Assembly (NCBI GenBank): GCA_964014485.1
Contig: CAXHAT010000059.1
Span: forward strand, 1-39,965
DNA length: 39,965 nt
Origin: an uncultured Deferribacteres bacterium
GTDB lineage: Bacteria > Zhuqueibacterota > Zhuqueibacteria > Zhuqueibacterales > Geothermadaptataceae
Direction: 5' to 3'
The notes beneath the pieces were generated by a model. That model saw only the letters and a list, made by a program, of their open reading frames with translations. It ran no database searches and was not told the origin of the DNA. Below are positions 9,037-17,955 of this stretch, piece by piece. The position numbers and the translations under genes are program-made. Positions within the stretch are counted from its first letter, which is position 1; the number at the start of each line of letters is the position of its first letter.

Positions 9037-9387
9037 TTAACGGTTTGTTTTGATTTCTCGAAACGGCTTTGGCCGCCAATGCAGGTCTCGGTCAACCTCG
9101 GCCGGTATGGAGCCGATGTGCTTTTCGTCTTTCAGGAGCGGGACGCTCACCTTGATCTCTCTGAGTTCCTCAAGGGAAATATATCCCCATTCAGCATTGA
9201 GATCATCGCCTAAATTGGCGTACCCGAAAAACAAATTCTCACCGTCATACTCGGCAATATACCAATCGCACCCTCCGATAAAAAAGTGCATATGAATGAT
9301 GACTTCCGGCAAAGAAACGCCGGCATCTTCATTGGCATACAGCTTGGGCAGTTTCGCAAGCTCTCTTGCGCTCGGCTCGTTCCACAT
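9037..9387 (-). CDS. DUF2958-family protein (start MWNEP)
   Basis: LPKLYANE, HFFIGGCDWYIAEYDG..FFGYANL..AEWGYISLEEL..EVDRDLHW; GGAGGG RBS. Confidence 0.85.
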   Translation of the reverse strand: MWNEPSARELAKLPKLYANEDAGVSLPEVIIHMHFFIGGCDWYIAEYDGENLFFGYANLGDDLNAEWGYISLEELREIKVSVPLLKDEKHIGSIPAEVDRDLHWRPKPFREIKTNR

Positions 9388-9493
9388 AGAATGCCCTCCG
9401 TGTTTTGTGAAATGGTGATTCAATGAGCAAAAGTGCTGAGCGCATTATTTCACAAAGCGCAAGGATCGCAAACAGGCGTGGGAAAGAAAGGGT

Positions 9494-9739
9494 GTGATAC
9501 AATGGGATGGTCTGGTGAAACGGAGACAGGCTCTGCTGGCGAGCACCCTGTCGAGGGATAGTCAGACGGCTAAACGGATATATCATCGTATCCAGAGCGT
9601 GGCCATCACAACCGGTCACGCTTTTTATATGAAGTCCGGCAGCCTGGAATGCCTTAGAAAACGTGATTTATATGCATTTGAAGCGGTTCTCGTTCAGGAG
9701 ATGAAGGAGCGGATTACAAGAGTTTTGATGAAGATATAA
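9494..9739 (+). CDS. Hypothetical protein (81 aa)
   Basis: GTG start with purine-rich RBS; converges on the 9754-9777 hairpin. Confidence 0.4.
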   Translation: MIQWDGLVKRRQALLASTLSRDSQTAKRIYHRIQSVAITTGHAFYMKSGSLECLRKRDLYAFEAVLVQEMKERITRVLMKI

Positions 9740-9753
9740 ACGACTTTTTTAAC

Positions 9754-9777
9754 AAGGCCGGGCAAGCACCCGGCCTT
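9754..9777. terminator. Hairpin between convergent genes
   Basis: AAGGCCGGG-CAAGCA-CCCGGCCTT. Confidence 0.6.
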
Positions 9778-9789
9778 GTGAGGTTGAGC

Positions 9790-9987
9790 TCACCGTGTTT
9801 CGTTGAGCTTCTCATAAAGCTCCATCACCTTGCCGAATTCCACAATCAGCCCCGTTTTCAAATCCTCATACAGGGCGTCGAGCCGATGCTCGGCGGCAAA
9901 ACACGTCCCCAGTGCACAGCTTTGCAGGACGCAGAGTTCAAGGTAGAGATCATCGTAGAGACGATCTCGGTCGCGCATTTTTTCCAT
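9790..9987 (-). CDS. Small hypothetical protein (65 aa)
   Basis: AGGAG RBS 6 nt upstream; preceded by a structured leader. Confidence 0.65.
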   Translation of the reverse strand: MEKMRDRDRLYDDLYLELCVLQSCALGTCFAAEHRLDALYEDLKTGLIVEFGKVMELYEKLNETR

Positions 9988-10018
9988 GATAATCTCCTAC
10001 GATTCTATCAAGAAAAAA

Positions 10019-10083
10019 GGCCGACCCCTGATAACGCCCGTAGGAGAGCGCCCCAATGCCTCACGACAAAGGGGAGGTCGGCC
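10019..10083 (-). ncRNA. Candidate C4/CI-like antisense or leader RNA
   Basis: Outer stem GGCCGACC/GGTCGGCC followed by a U tract. The internal CTCCTACG is complementary to CGTAGGAG (RBS, 9994-10001) and to an upstream CCGTAGGA (10103-10110). Confidence 0.45.
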
Positions 10084-10435
10084 ATAAATTGCGAGTATGG
10101 TTTCCTACGGTTTAATCGCGGGCAATATAGGGTGGGGCGGCTTGGCGGGAAAGAGTTTTGATGCGAATCATAAACGGATTCAGGCCGCCTCATGGCGGCT
10201 TTCGAATCGACGAAAAACTGTTGCGCGCCGCGCGCTCGCGCCTCTGCTGCAAGCAGGAACGCGAAAACAAGGAGCGTATCTGTTTTTCAGTCGATGGCAT
10301 TAAGTGGAAAGACGATGGCGAGTTTTGCGAATGCAAAAGCTCGGCTTGGTCTTGCAGGGGGGGCGCCAATTTCCGAGACAGTGTTTCGGAAATCTTGCTG
10401 CCGGGATGAATTGTTTGAAGAAAGAACGTTCCCGT

Positions 10436-11296
10436 CTATTTTGTCTTCGACGAACCTTTCTTTAGCGTTCCCGCCTTTTTGAGCGATTTCGTATCGGCTG
10501 ATTTGATTCTGCGCTCGATCTTTTTGATGTCTTCTTCCGGGGGCAGATCTTCAGGCGTGATGCCGCTGTCCCCCAGCGCCCTGCGTACCGTGCGGTTGCT
10601 TTTCACATGCTCGACCGTAATACTTATTTCTCCGTGCAGGTCTTCTTTTTTGACATTAAAATTGGTGATTTCCGTAGCCAGATTTTTGGCGGCGATTGTT
10701 ACTGCGGGCAAAAAATCGGCAAGCGGGCGGCGGTGCGGTACGCCGAGTTTGTATTTCATGTTTCGAGTTGTTTCTCCGCCAAAAAGCGCAGCGTCTCCTT
10801 TGCTCCGGATACGGCCAAAGCCGGCGTTATCAACGCCGCGTTCGAAAATATTTTTAGAGAGCTCTGTTTCGCTGGCCGTCAACTTCCGGCGCTGTTCAAT
10901 GCGCTCAAGATAGGCTAAGCGTTCCTCGATCAATTCTTGTTTGCGGGTTTGGAGCGCAAAATACGTTTGCGCAAAGGCAATTTCGTCTTTACGAGGATCC
11001 CCGTTTTGGGCAATGAGATAGCAGGCATACCGCGTCAACAGCACATCATTGACCTTGCGCGTTGCCTTGGAACCGATCTCGACCATTTTGCGCACGTCCG
11101 CAAAATGGTCTTCAACGGCGTTCCCTGCGTTCTGACAAGAGATTTTCGCCTTTTCTATAACAGGAATAAAGTTTCGCCATTGGGTATACCCAAGAAGCAA
11201 TTGTAGATCACGCGCAAACCAACATTCTACGCCGTCAACATCGGTTGCATGAGCTTCAAAATCGGTCGTGAGGGATTTTATTAAAGATTTGTCCAT
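10436..11296 (-). CDS. dinD: DNA damage-inducible protein D (Bro-N-like N-terminus)
   Basis: ECWFARDLQLLLGYTQWRNF, LTRYACYLIAQNGDPRKDEIAFAQTYFA, RSKGDAALFGG, ADFLPAVTIAAK, PEDLPPEEDIKK; start MDKSLIK at 11296. Confidence 0.92.
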   Translation of the reverse strand: MDKSLIKSLTTDFEAHATDVDGVECWFARDLQLLLGYTQWRNFIPVIEKAKISCQNAGNAVEDHFADVRKMVEIGSKATRKVNDVLLTRYACYLIAQNGDPRKDEIAFAQTYFALQTRKQELIEERLAYLERIEQRRKLTASETELSKNIFERGVDNAGFGRIRSKGDAALFGGETTRNMKYKLGVPHRRPLADFLPAVTIAAKNLATEITNFNVKKEDLHGEISITVEHVKSNRTVRRALGDSGITPEDLPPEEDIKKIERRIKSADTKSLKKAGTLKKGSSKTK

Positions 11297-11348
11297 AATG
11301 ATTGTCTTTTTGGGTGAAAACTCGTGCTTTGTATAAAATACCAATGAT

Positions 11349-11822
11349 ATGCGTCCATATCAAACGAAAGGCGGTGAGCATAAAGACGGGCCGCAATGGA
11401 AGTATAAGGAGCGGGCTATTTCTGAAGTTGGGAAGATTTTAAAGGAAGGGCTTCGGGATACGCCAGAGCCAGGAACGATAATCGTTCCTATCCCTCCATC
11501 TAAACCTAAAAAACACCCCTTGTACGACGACCGGCACCTGCAAGCACTCAAAGGATTGAATTACGATGTTCGCGAGCTTATAATGCAAAATAGAGAGCGT
11601 GAACCGCTTCACGGGATGAAGAAGCGGTATCGGCCGAGCGGCCTCAAGCGATTTTTCTTAATCGATGAATCTCTTGTCGAGCCTAAACCAAAACATATTG
11701 TTCTTTTTGATGATTTGCTGGTTTCTGGCACTCATTTTCGTGTAATTAAAGATATGTTTGACGACCGTTTTCCTGAAGCAATTGTTTGTGGGGTGTTTGT
11801 CGCGAGAAGAGTCAAGCCTTGA
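11349..11822 (+). CDS. ComF-like phosphoribosyltransferase-fold protein, probably N-terminally truncated
   Basis: IIVPIPPSK and the PRPP-binding motif IVLFDDLLVSGTHF. Confidence 0.7.
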   Translation: MRPYQTKGGEHKDGPQWKYKERAISEVGKILKEGLRDTPEPGTIIVPIPPSKPKKHPLYDDRHLQALKGLNYDVRELIMQNREREPLHGMKKRYRPSGLKRFFLIDESLVEPKPKHIVLFDDLLVSGTHFRVIKDMFDDRFPEAIVCGVFVARRVKP

Positions 11823-12181
11823 AATGAGAACTCTCTAAGGTTGAGCAAAGCTTCATGGTGTTCTCTCGTCCTCAAATTTTAGTCACTGCTTCTTTAGAAT
11901 GAGTCTAATTCTGCAAACAGCAAAAATCTTCTTGCCACCTTAAAGCGCTGCACTAACAAATAAAATTATTTACCGCCAAAAAGTTATTCATTTTAAATGA
12001 ATGAAAAAAAATAATAACCACAATTGTTTTCTTGGTTCATTTTCTTGAAAAATAGGTTACAACGTAAGTAAATTTTATCTTTTTTCTTATACAATGTTCG
12101 GCATTTACAGTAGATTGTTCTTTAAGAAAAACAGCATCTAATGTTTTTAATTTTATTTTTAAAAAACACTCCGCTCTCAAA

Positions 12182-13258
12182 ATGGCGCAAACAATGAAGA
12201 ATTCAAAAACAACCCTTTCGAAAATTCTCAGGGCATGGATGCGGACAAACGAGCTAAGTTCATTACGATTAGCTGCGGACAAAATCGGGATTTCTCAATC
12301 CAAGCTGCACGGAATAATAAAAGATGATGGAATCCAGCTCAGAAAAAGCACCTTAAAACAAATTGCCAAAGGTACAGGGATTTCAGAAGATGATTTGTAC
12401 TTAGTTTATGAACTTGGCAACATGCAAAACTCCGAAAAGATTCGCAATATGTTGCAATTTGTCTATCAAATGAGGCAGGCCGGAGAAACCGATATTACTA
12501 AAGCCGCTGAAGAGTTTTATGCCCGGTCTTGGTTAACAAAAGCTAAAATTTGGAAAGAACAAAAATTCGCGCAAGACAAATTAGTAAGACTAACCCGGCT
12601 TAGACGAACAGAATCAATTTGGGAAATCTACGAACACATAACTACCGCTCTACTTGCGCTGCAAGACATTCATTTGAACGAGCTTCATAATATTGGAAAA
12701 GAGGAATTTGTTGGTAAAGATCTCGATGTGAATGAGCTATTTCGAAAAATCGAAAAAGCCGCCCCCGATATGCTTGGAATAATAAACTTGTATGCAAACC
12801 GCAGCCGGGCGGCGGGCTATAGCATGAATTTATTAAGTGTTCCCGCAGGTTTTGGAGCTTACGAAGGAGGAACGGCTTTAGACTTTGGCTTTGAAATGGG
12901 GATTGTTTTAGACGGTAAAAGCCACTTTTTTTCAAGAGGCTTTAAGAAAGAAGATTTGTTCGAAGCAATATTGTCCCAAGGCAAAACATTATGTTATTCT
13001 CGGCATCGAGCGCATGTAATTTTTGCTTATGAAAAAACAAGGATTATCCTATTTCAGATTCCATCAGCCCCCAGAGGAGATTACCCTGTAGCGTTTCGTC
13101 GAAAAAATAATTCGATAAGCACCGCAAAGCTGGGCATTACTAAAATAAAAGACGGACGCGATGTAAGGCGCTTGTACGTGCCCAAATCGAGCCACGAGGC
13201 TCTGCCCGATGAACTCAAAATAATTTTAGACAACCTTGAAAAGACTAAAGAACCATAG
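12182..13258 (+). CDS. XRE-family HTH regulator with C-terminal cupin-like domain
   Basis: HTH SLRLAADKIGISQSKLHGII...TLKQIAKGTGIS; cupin-like FEMGIVLDG...LSQGKTLCYSRHRAH...TRIILF. Confidence 0.7.
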   Translation: MAQTMKNSKTTLSKILRAWMRTNELSSLRLAADKIGISQSKLHGIIKDDGIQLRKSTLKQIAKGTGISEDDLYLVYELGNMQNSEKIRNMLQFVYQMRQAGETDITKAAEEFYARSWLTKAKIWKEQKFAQDKLVRLTRLRRTESIWEIYEHITTALLALQDIHLNELHNIGKEEFVGKDLDVNELFRKIEKAAPDMLGIINLYANRSRAAGYSMNLLSVPAGFGAYEGGTALDFGFEMGIVLDGKSHFFSRGFKKEDLFEAILSQGKTLCYSRHRAHVIFAYEKTRIILFQIPSAPRGDYPVAFRRKNNSISTAKLGITKIKDGRDVRRLYVPKSSHEALPDELKIILDNLEKTKEP

Positions 13259-13964
13259 AGTCATTTACCGAATAAACTCATGGCAAGCAGAATGATTTTT
13301 TATTTTGGGGTATTTAAAGGCCATGAATTCAGGCAAGATTTTCTTGCATTGAGTGATAATGAACCTACTTTAAGGAGGTGTCTTTATGTAATGATTAGTT
13401 AAAACAGAGGTATTTATGGAGTATCAATTCTGGTTTACTTGAACTTGAAATCAAAGCGCTCTGTGCTCCTTGATGTTGAGCGCAAAGGATGGGTAAGCAT
13501 GTGGACAAAAACTATGACGGTTTTTTTGCCAAGCCAAAAGAGGAAAAAACCACATCGACTTGGAACCTTTATACCAACCAATATCGTAAAAAATGGCGGA
13601 GTTGTTGAGCCGCCTATACAGATTCGGACAGAGGTTGTCAGATATTCTGACCGCGACAAGACTGACGCAAAAATTACCGGCACTACTCAAAACAACAAAC
13701 CAAACTATCCTGTCAATGAGCCTAACAAACTCAAATGCTTCGAGCGAAATGAAAAATCTTAGTGTTCACTAAGTTATTTTCAGGCGTAATCAAAGATCAC
13801 ACGATAAACTCTGGTAACTGAAGCTTGTGATTTATTTTGGAAATGTGGCTCTGGTGTTTGGAGTCTTCGTCTCGCCTAATTAAAAATAACAGGATTGTCT
13901 GGTAAATCACGGCTAATATTTGTTCTGGTGGAGTATCCTTCAGAATCAAAGGAGTCCTAAACGA

Positions 13965-14390
13965 ATGGGAAATTCAGATAATTCAAACAAAAAACCTGGA
14001 CGACGAGCATCAAAACACAAACATTTCAAGATTCAGTTCATTCTCCACAAACAAACCATGAGTTTTCTTGAAGACCTGGTCGACCAAAGGGACGCATCGT
14101 CTAAAGCAGAGGTGGTTCGAGATGCGCTATCGGTCTTTAAGTGGGTGCATGATCGCATCAACGAGGGTTACAAAATATATGGCTATAACGAAACAACGGA
14201 TCAGGTGATCAAGCCTGGTGCTGGCTGGACACAGCTTTTCCCCACAAAAAGTGTTTCGGTCAATGCAGCGAATCGCCCCGAAATTGATAACATTACAATC
14301 AACGCCGACACTTTAGCCGCCCGAGCAAAAGTCAATCAAAGAGTGCTTAGTTTGCTTAAAGGTGTTGCCCCTTCCGAAGAACAAAAATGA
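13965..14390 (+). CDS. CopG/RHH-like regulator with C-terminal extension
   Basis: AAGGAG RBS; KIQFILHKQTMSFLEDLVDQRDASSKAEVVRDAL. Confidence 0.7.
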   Translation: MGNSDNSNKKPGRRASKHKHFKIQFILHKQTMSFLEDLVDQRDASSKAEVVRDALSVFKWVHDRINEGYKIYGYNETTDQVIKPGAGWTQLFPTKSVSVNAANRPEIDNITINADTLAARAKVNQRVLSLLKGVAPSEEQK

Positions 14391-14414
14391 CCTTCTAATT
14401 CTTAAACTTCTTTT

Positions 14415-14445
14415 AAAAAGCAGTGCATTATGCACTGCTTTTTTT
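14415..14445. terminator. Bidirectional intrinsic terminator
   Basis: AAAAAGCAGTGCA-TTA-TGCACTGCTTTTTTT. Confidence 0.8.
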
Positions 14446-14535
14446 GTACCCACCCTGTTGTTTATATACACGCTTTTAACCCCTTCTACAAAATTTCTAC
14501 TCTACGTTTAGCAGGAACTTCTGCAAAAACAACCT

Positions 14536-14587
14536 TGGCACAGTCTTCGCTTTTGATGAATTAATCATTAATTATTAATGATTAATT
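14536..14587 (+). promoter_or_regulatory. Candidate sigma54 -24/-12 promoter plus 29-bp AT palindrome
   Basis: TGGCACAGTCTTCGCT (14536-14551) has correct GG-N10-GC spacing; AATTAATCATTAAT-T-ATTAATGATTAATT at 14559-14587. Confidence 0.45.
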
Positions 14588-14626
14588 AACTCTTTTTTGT
14601 TGATTTTATGCATGGAGGTTCTTATT

Positions 14627-15391
14627 ATGTTACTCACAAAAAGATCATTGTTTTGCATAGTCTTAACAAGCCTGATGCAATTCAGCGCAACAAATTCAGT
14701 CTTTGCTCAATTTGGTTGGGCGAAAAAAGGTTGGGATGCAGTAAAAGATAGAACCGTGGCTACTGGTAAAACAGCGTGGCATCACACTGGCGGTAAAGCA
14801 ATAGACGGCGAAAAGAACCATGGTGTAAAACGAGTTCGAAGAGGAGCTGTCGACACATACATCATTGAACCAGGCGGCAGAGGAACGGTTTGGCGGTGGA
14901 ATGGGTTGGCAGGCGGCGGTACACTTTTCTATGCTGTTCGTTTTGCCGACGGCTCTTCAAGCAAGCACGCACGATTAAAAGCATGGTTTCGCTCAAATTT
15001 CAGGATAAATCCCCTGAAAGTCTACAAATCTTTCCAAAATGAACACATTGATGACTTGACAGGATCAGGCAGAGCCCATGTACCCTACGGAGCAGGAAGA
15101 TCTGTACTGCGCGTATCAAACCGAACAGGAAAAAGGATCGAACTCTCAATTAGTTCCAAAGAATTGAGTTTGAGCAATCGCCCAACAGCTGGCGGCTTCT
15201 GGGGACGCTCAGGCCTTAATTCGCAAGTCAACAATGGCTATAAATCAAAAACACCTATATCTCGTCCCCGACCGAGACTCGTTGTTAGGAATGGACGATA
15301 CTATTTAAAGGTGTTTAGGTATGGAAGATGGATTCTAATACCTTACTCGCGCTCTAAACAGCCGCCATATTCTCCAACACTAAAACGATAA
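14627..15391 (+). CDS. Secreted, highly basic Gly/Arg/Trp-rich hypothetical protein
   Basis: GGAGGT RBS; Sec signal peptide ending VFA-Q; hairpin at about 15404-15427. Confidence 0.75.
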   Translation: MLLTKRSLFCIVLTSLMQFSATNSVFAQFGWAKKGWDAVKDRTVATGKTAWHHTGGKAIDGEKNHGVKRVRRGAVDTYIIEPGGRGTVWRWNGLAGGGTLFYAVRFADGSSSKHARLKAWFRSNFRINPLKVYKSFQNEHIDDLTGSGRAHVPYGAGRSVLRVSNRTGKRIELSISSKELSLSNRPTAGGFWGRSGLNSQVNNGYKSKTPISRPRPRLVVRNGRYYLKVFRYGRWILIPYSRSKQPPYSPTLKR

Positions 15392-15461
15392 AAGCTACAT
15401 AACAAGAGCGCCGTTTTGGCGCTTTTGTTCACACTAATACCACTTCAAAAGGAGAGATATT

Positions 15462-16022
15462 ATGAAGTACAAACGCGATGTTACTGTTCGTAAGAGAGCC
15501 AAGCTGCTTGTAGTGCTCTTAATGCCATTCATGCTTTCGGCGTGTGATGTTCCAACAATAATCACAGAATTTGTTCTAAAGCGCCCGGATTTAGTTATTC
15601 AGCTTTTTTCTTATTTTGCTCGTTCTGGTGACGGCGAAGTAAATCATGGAGAAGACGTAGATTTCGATGTTACAGCGGAAAACATACCAGAAAATTCGTC
15701 AGGACCAGAAGAGAATGTGGCAACACAAGCCGCTCCAAACAGCGAAGTTGTGGTGGTGGTCAAAGAAAAAGAAGATGATGGCGGTTTTTCTGAAATCGAC
15801 CGAGAATCTGTAAAACTACAAGGCTTGGAGCCTGATGAAAGAGCGACAATACAGTTCACCTATCGATTTCCGCGACCAGGCACCTACAAGCTGACCGCAA
15901 TTGTCGACGGAACAAATAAAGTTAAGGAAAGAGATGAAAACAACAATGAACGCTTACTTTCTCTAAACGGCCTGGGCAAAGCTTCAAAGCTCAATGAATC
16001 TGGCATTTTAATTGTAAAATAA
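15462..16022 (+). CDS. Lipoprotein with CARDB Ig-like domain
   Basis: AAGGAG RBS; lipobox LSAC; PDLVI...LEPDERATIQF..PGTYKLTAIVDGTNKVKERDENNNE. Confidence 0.85.
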   Translation: MKYKRDVTVRKRAKLLVVLLMPFMLSACDVPTIITEFVLKRPDLVIQLFSYFARSGDGEVNHGEDVDFDVTAENIPENSSGPEENVATQAAPNSEVVVVVKEKEDDGGFSEIDRESVKLQGLEPDERATIQFTYRFPRPGTYKLTAIVDGTNKVKERDENNNERLLSLNGLGKASKLNESGILIVK

Positions 16023-16031
16023 CTCTTCTTA

Positions 16032-16067
16032 AAAGCCAAAGGCGGTCTTAACGCTGCCTTTGGCTTT
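16032..16067 (+). terminator. Intrinsic terminator
   Basis: AAAGCCAAAGGCGG...CTGCCTTTGGCTTT. Confidence 0.7.
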
Positions 16068-16160
16068 CTCCAAAACTGACCTGCCGCTTTAACCCCGTTC
16101 TTTCCGCATACAAAAATTTTTAAATCTAACCCAACGCGCTTGTTTTCAAAAGCCGTTTTA

Positions 16161-16188
16161 GTATAACATAAAGGACGTTATGTTATGC
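16161..16188. other. dif/pdif-like Xer recombination site (11-6-11)
   Basis: GTATAACATAA-AGGACG-TTATGTTATGC; both arms resemble the XerD arm TTATGTTAAAT. Confidence 0.55.
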
Positions 16189-16387
16189 TGAATTCACAGA
16201 GAAAAGGTTGTTGAAAGTGCAATCTACGGCTTCTTTGAGTTCTTCGCGGCCGGGATTCGTAACAAGAACCCCCGCATTGCTTATTATCATAATGTGAAAA
16301 GGTTTTTCCTACTATAGAATCATATTATTGCCCCAAAAGATGGAGTGAAATGAAAAAACCCTGAAAGGCTTTCAATTTTTCTAAGAA

Positions 16388-17299
16388 TTAGAGTTGGCAA
16401 GAAGAGCGTTCATGAATATGATTCGATAGTTGCATCCCGACGTATTCAGCCAGCTTGACCGGTACGGCATTGGCGATAATCTGTTCCGTCGCCGTTTTAG
16501 AGTCGTTCAAAACAAAGCGTTCCGGAAAAGTCTGGATTTGACAGCGCAACTCGGTTGTTAAAGAGCGTATGTCCGCTGACTTTGGTGCGCTGTCGCCGGG
16601 GTGTCCGGGATAACCGCTCGGCATAGGACGGTTTACGCCGCGAATCGTCGGACTCGGCTCGTCAATGCTGAAAATTCCCCGCCGCTTGTAGCTGCGCGGG
16701 TGGCGATAGTAATGTTCAAAATCAAGACTTTCGCCAAAGTAATCACGCATTGTCATCGGTTTTTCGGCGAGATTTTCCAAAAGTCGATCACTCAGCGCAT
16801 CATTTTTTCCGTCTAATTCGCCAATTATAAACAAGCGCTTTCTTCTTTGCGGCGCGCCGCACAAACTGGCGTCGAGCACAATACGGGTTAACCCGTACCC
16901 GACCTTCTGAAAGATTTTAGCGGCATCGTTGACTGAGCGGCTGTTCTTCGCGCGCTCGACGTTCTCCATGACAAACCACGCCGGTTTTATTTCCGCAACG
17001 ATTTGAGCGAACCTGATTGTCAATTCCGCGCGTCCCGAGGATTCATTCCTTTTGCCCGCAGAAGAAAAGTCCTGGCACGGCGGCCCGCCGATAATAATGT
17101 CAGGATTGTATTTCGCAATATGTTTTGCTGCGTCCTCTCGGGAAAGATCGAGTTCGATGATCGGGTGATCCGGAAAATTGGCGCGATAACACTCAATTGC
17201 CGAAGGCCAATGATCGAAAGCGGCCTCGATCTTAAAGCCGGCGTTCAAAAAGCCCAACGACATGCCGCCTCCGCCGGCGAAGAGATCGACAACTTTGTA
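16388..17299 (-). CDS. Orphan C5-cytosine DNA methyltransferase (M.HgiDI-like); start codon unclear
   Basis: Motif I VVDLFAGGGG lies upstream of ATG 17263; GGPPCQDFS, VMENV, QRRKR, target-recognition region YYRHPRSY..SPTIRGVNRP, ANAVP. Confidence 0.88.
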   Translation of the reverse strand, partial: YKVVDLFAGGGGMSLGFLNAGFKIEAAFDHWPSAIECYRANFPDHPIIELDLSREDAAKHIAKYNPDIIIGGPPCQDFSSAGKRNESSGRAELTIRFAQIVAEIKPAWFVMENVERAKNSRSVNDAAKIFQKVGYGLTRIVLDASLCGAPQRRKRLFIIGELDGKNDALSDRLLENLAEKPMTMRDYFGESLDFEHYYRHPRSYKRRGIFSIDEPSPTIRGVNRPMPSGYPGHPGDSAPKSADIRSLTTELRCQIQTFPERFVLNDSKTATEQIIANAVPVKLAEYVGMQLSNHIHERSSCQL

Positions 17300-17577
17300 T
17301 CGGAAAGTTTTACCCGAATGAGGGCAGGCCTGAGCGGTTGCGTTCAGTTGTTTTGCTCTTTTGCTGTTGGTTGATTTTTCGAGAATAGAAGATTGAAATT
17401 ATGTGCAGCCAGGTCTGTTGCCGTGCGTGCAACAGGCGCGCTTTTGCGATCCGTTTCCATTATACCGGATCTTCAGTTTTTCAACGAGAGCTTCAATTCG
17501 ACTGGGCTAAAAAGCGGATTTCAAAGAAAAGGCCGAGGTTCAATATAAGAACCTCGGCTATTGGGTGATGGCTGAAA

Positions 17578-17955
17578 TTATAAATCCAGCGTGTTTTTGA
17601 TGAATGCAACCGCAGCGGACGCAGCGGTTTTGTCTTTCCCGTTCGCTTCACCGTCCAGCAAGCGTGAAAGAGCTTTCTCGATGACCGGCCCGTGGGTTTG
17701 CCAGGCGCTCTCAAGGTCATCGAGCTTTTGCCAATGAACCTTCTTGATTGCTCGAGAATCATTGGGGATCATGGCAAAGTCGCTTTGCAGCAGCTCCTGA
17801 ATAAATTGCGACCTGCTTCCTGCATCCGTCCACAAAAGCGCAATCTCCGTAATTGCCTTTTTCGCGCTCATCGCGCTCTCATGAACGACCAATTCATCCA
17901 GATACTCGTGTTCCCCTTGCACGATGGTATAGAAAACCTTAGTGGACTTCGTCAT
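17578..17955 (-). CDS. Hypothetical protein (125 aa)
   Basis: GGGAGG RBS; overlaps the upstream gene as part of an operon. Confidence 0.7.
   Translation of the reverse strand: MTKSTKVFYTIVQGEHEYLDELVVHESAMSAKKAITEIALLWTDAGSRSQFIQELLQSDFAMIPNDSRAIKKVHWQKLDDLESAWQTHGPVIEKALSRLLDGEANGKDKTAASAAVAFIKNTLDL

Noticed and set aside
13331..13348. GGCAAGATTTTCTTGC as a sigma54 promoter
   Set aside because: The GG-to-GC spacing is 2 nt too long; it is only a short palindrome.
13439..13762. 107-aa ORF (also 10158-10409, 22551-22808 and 22988-23200)
   Set aside because: No recognisable motif or convincing RBS, so I cannot support them as genes.
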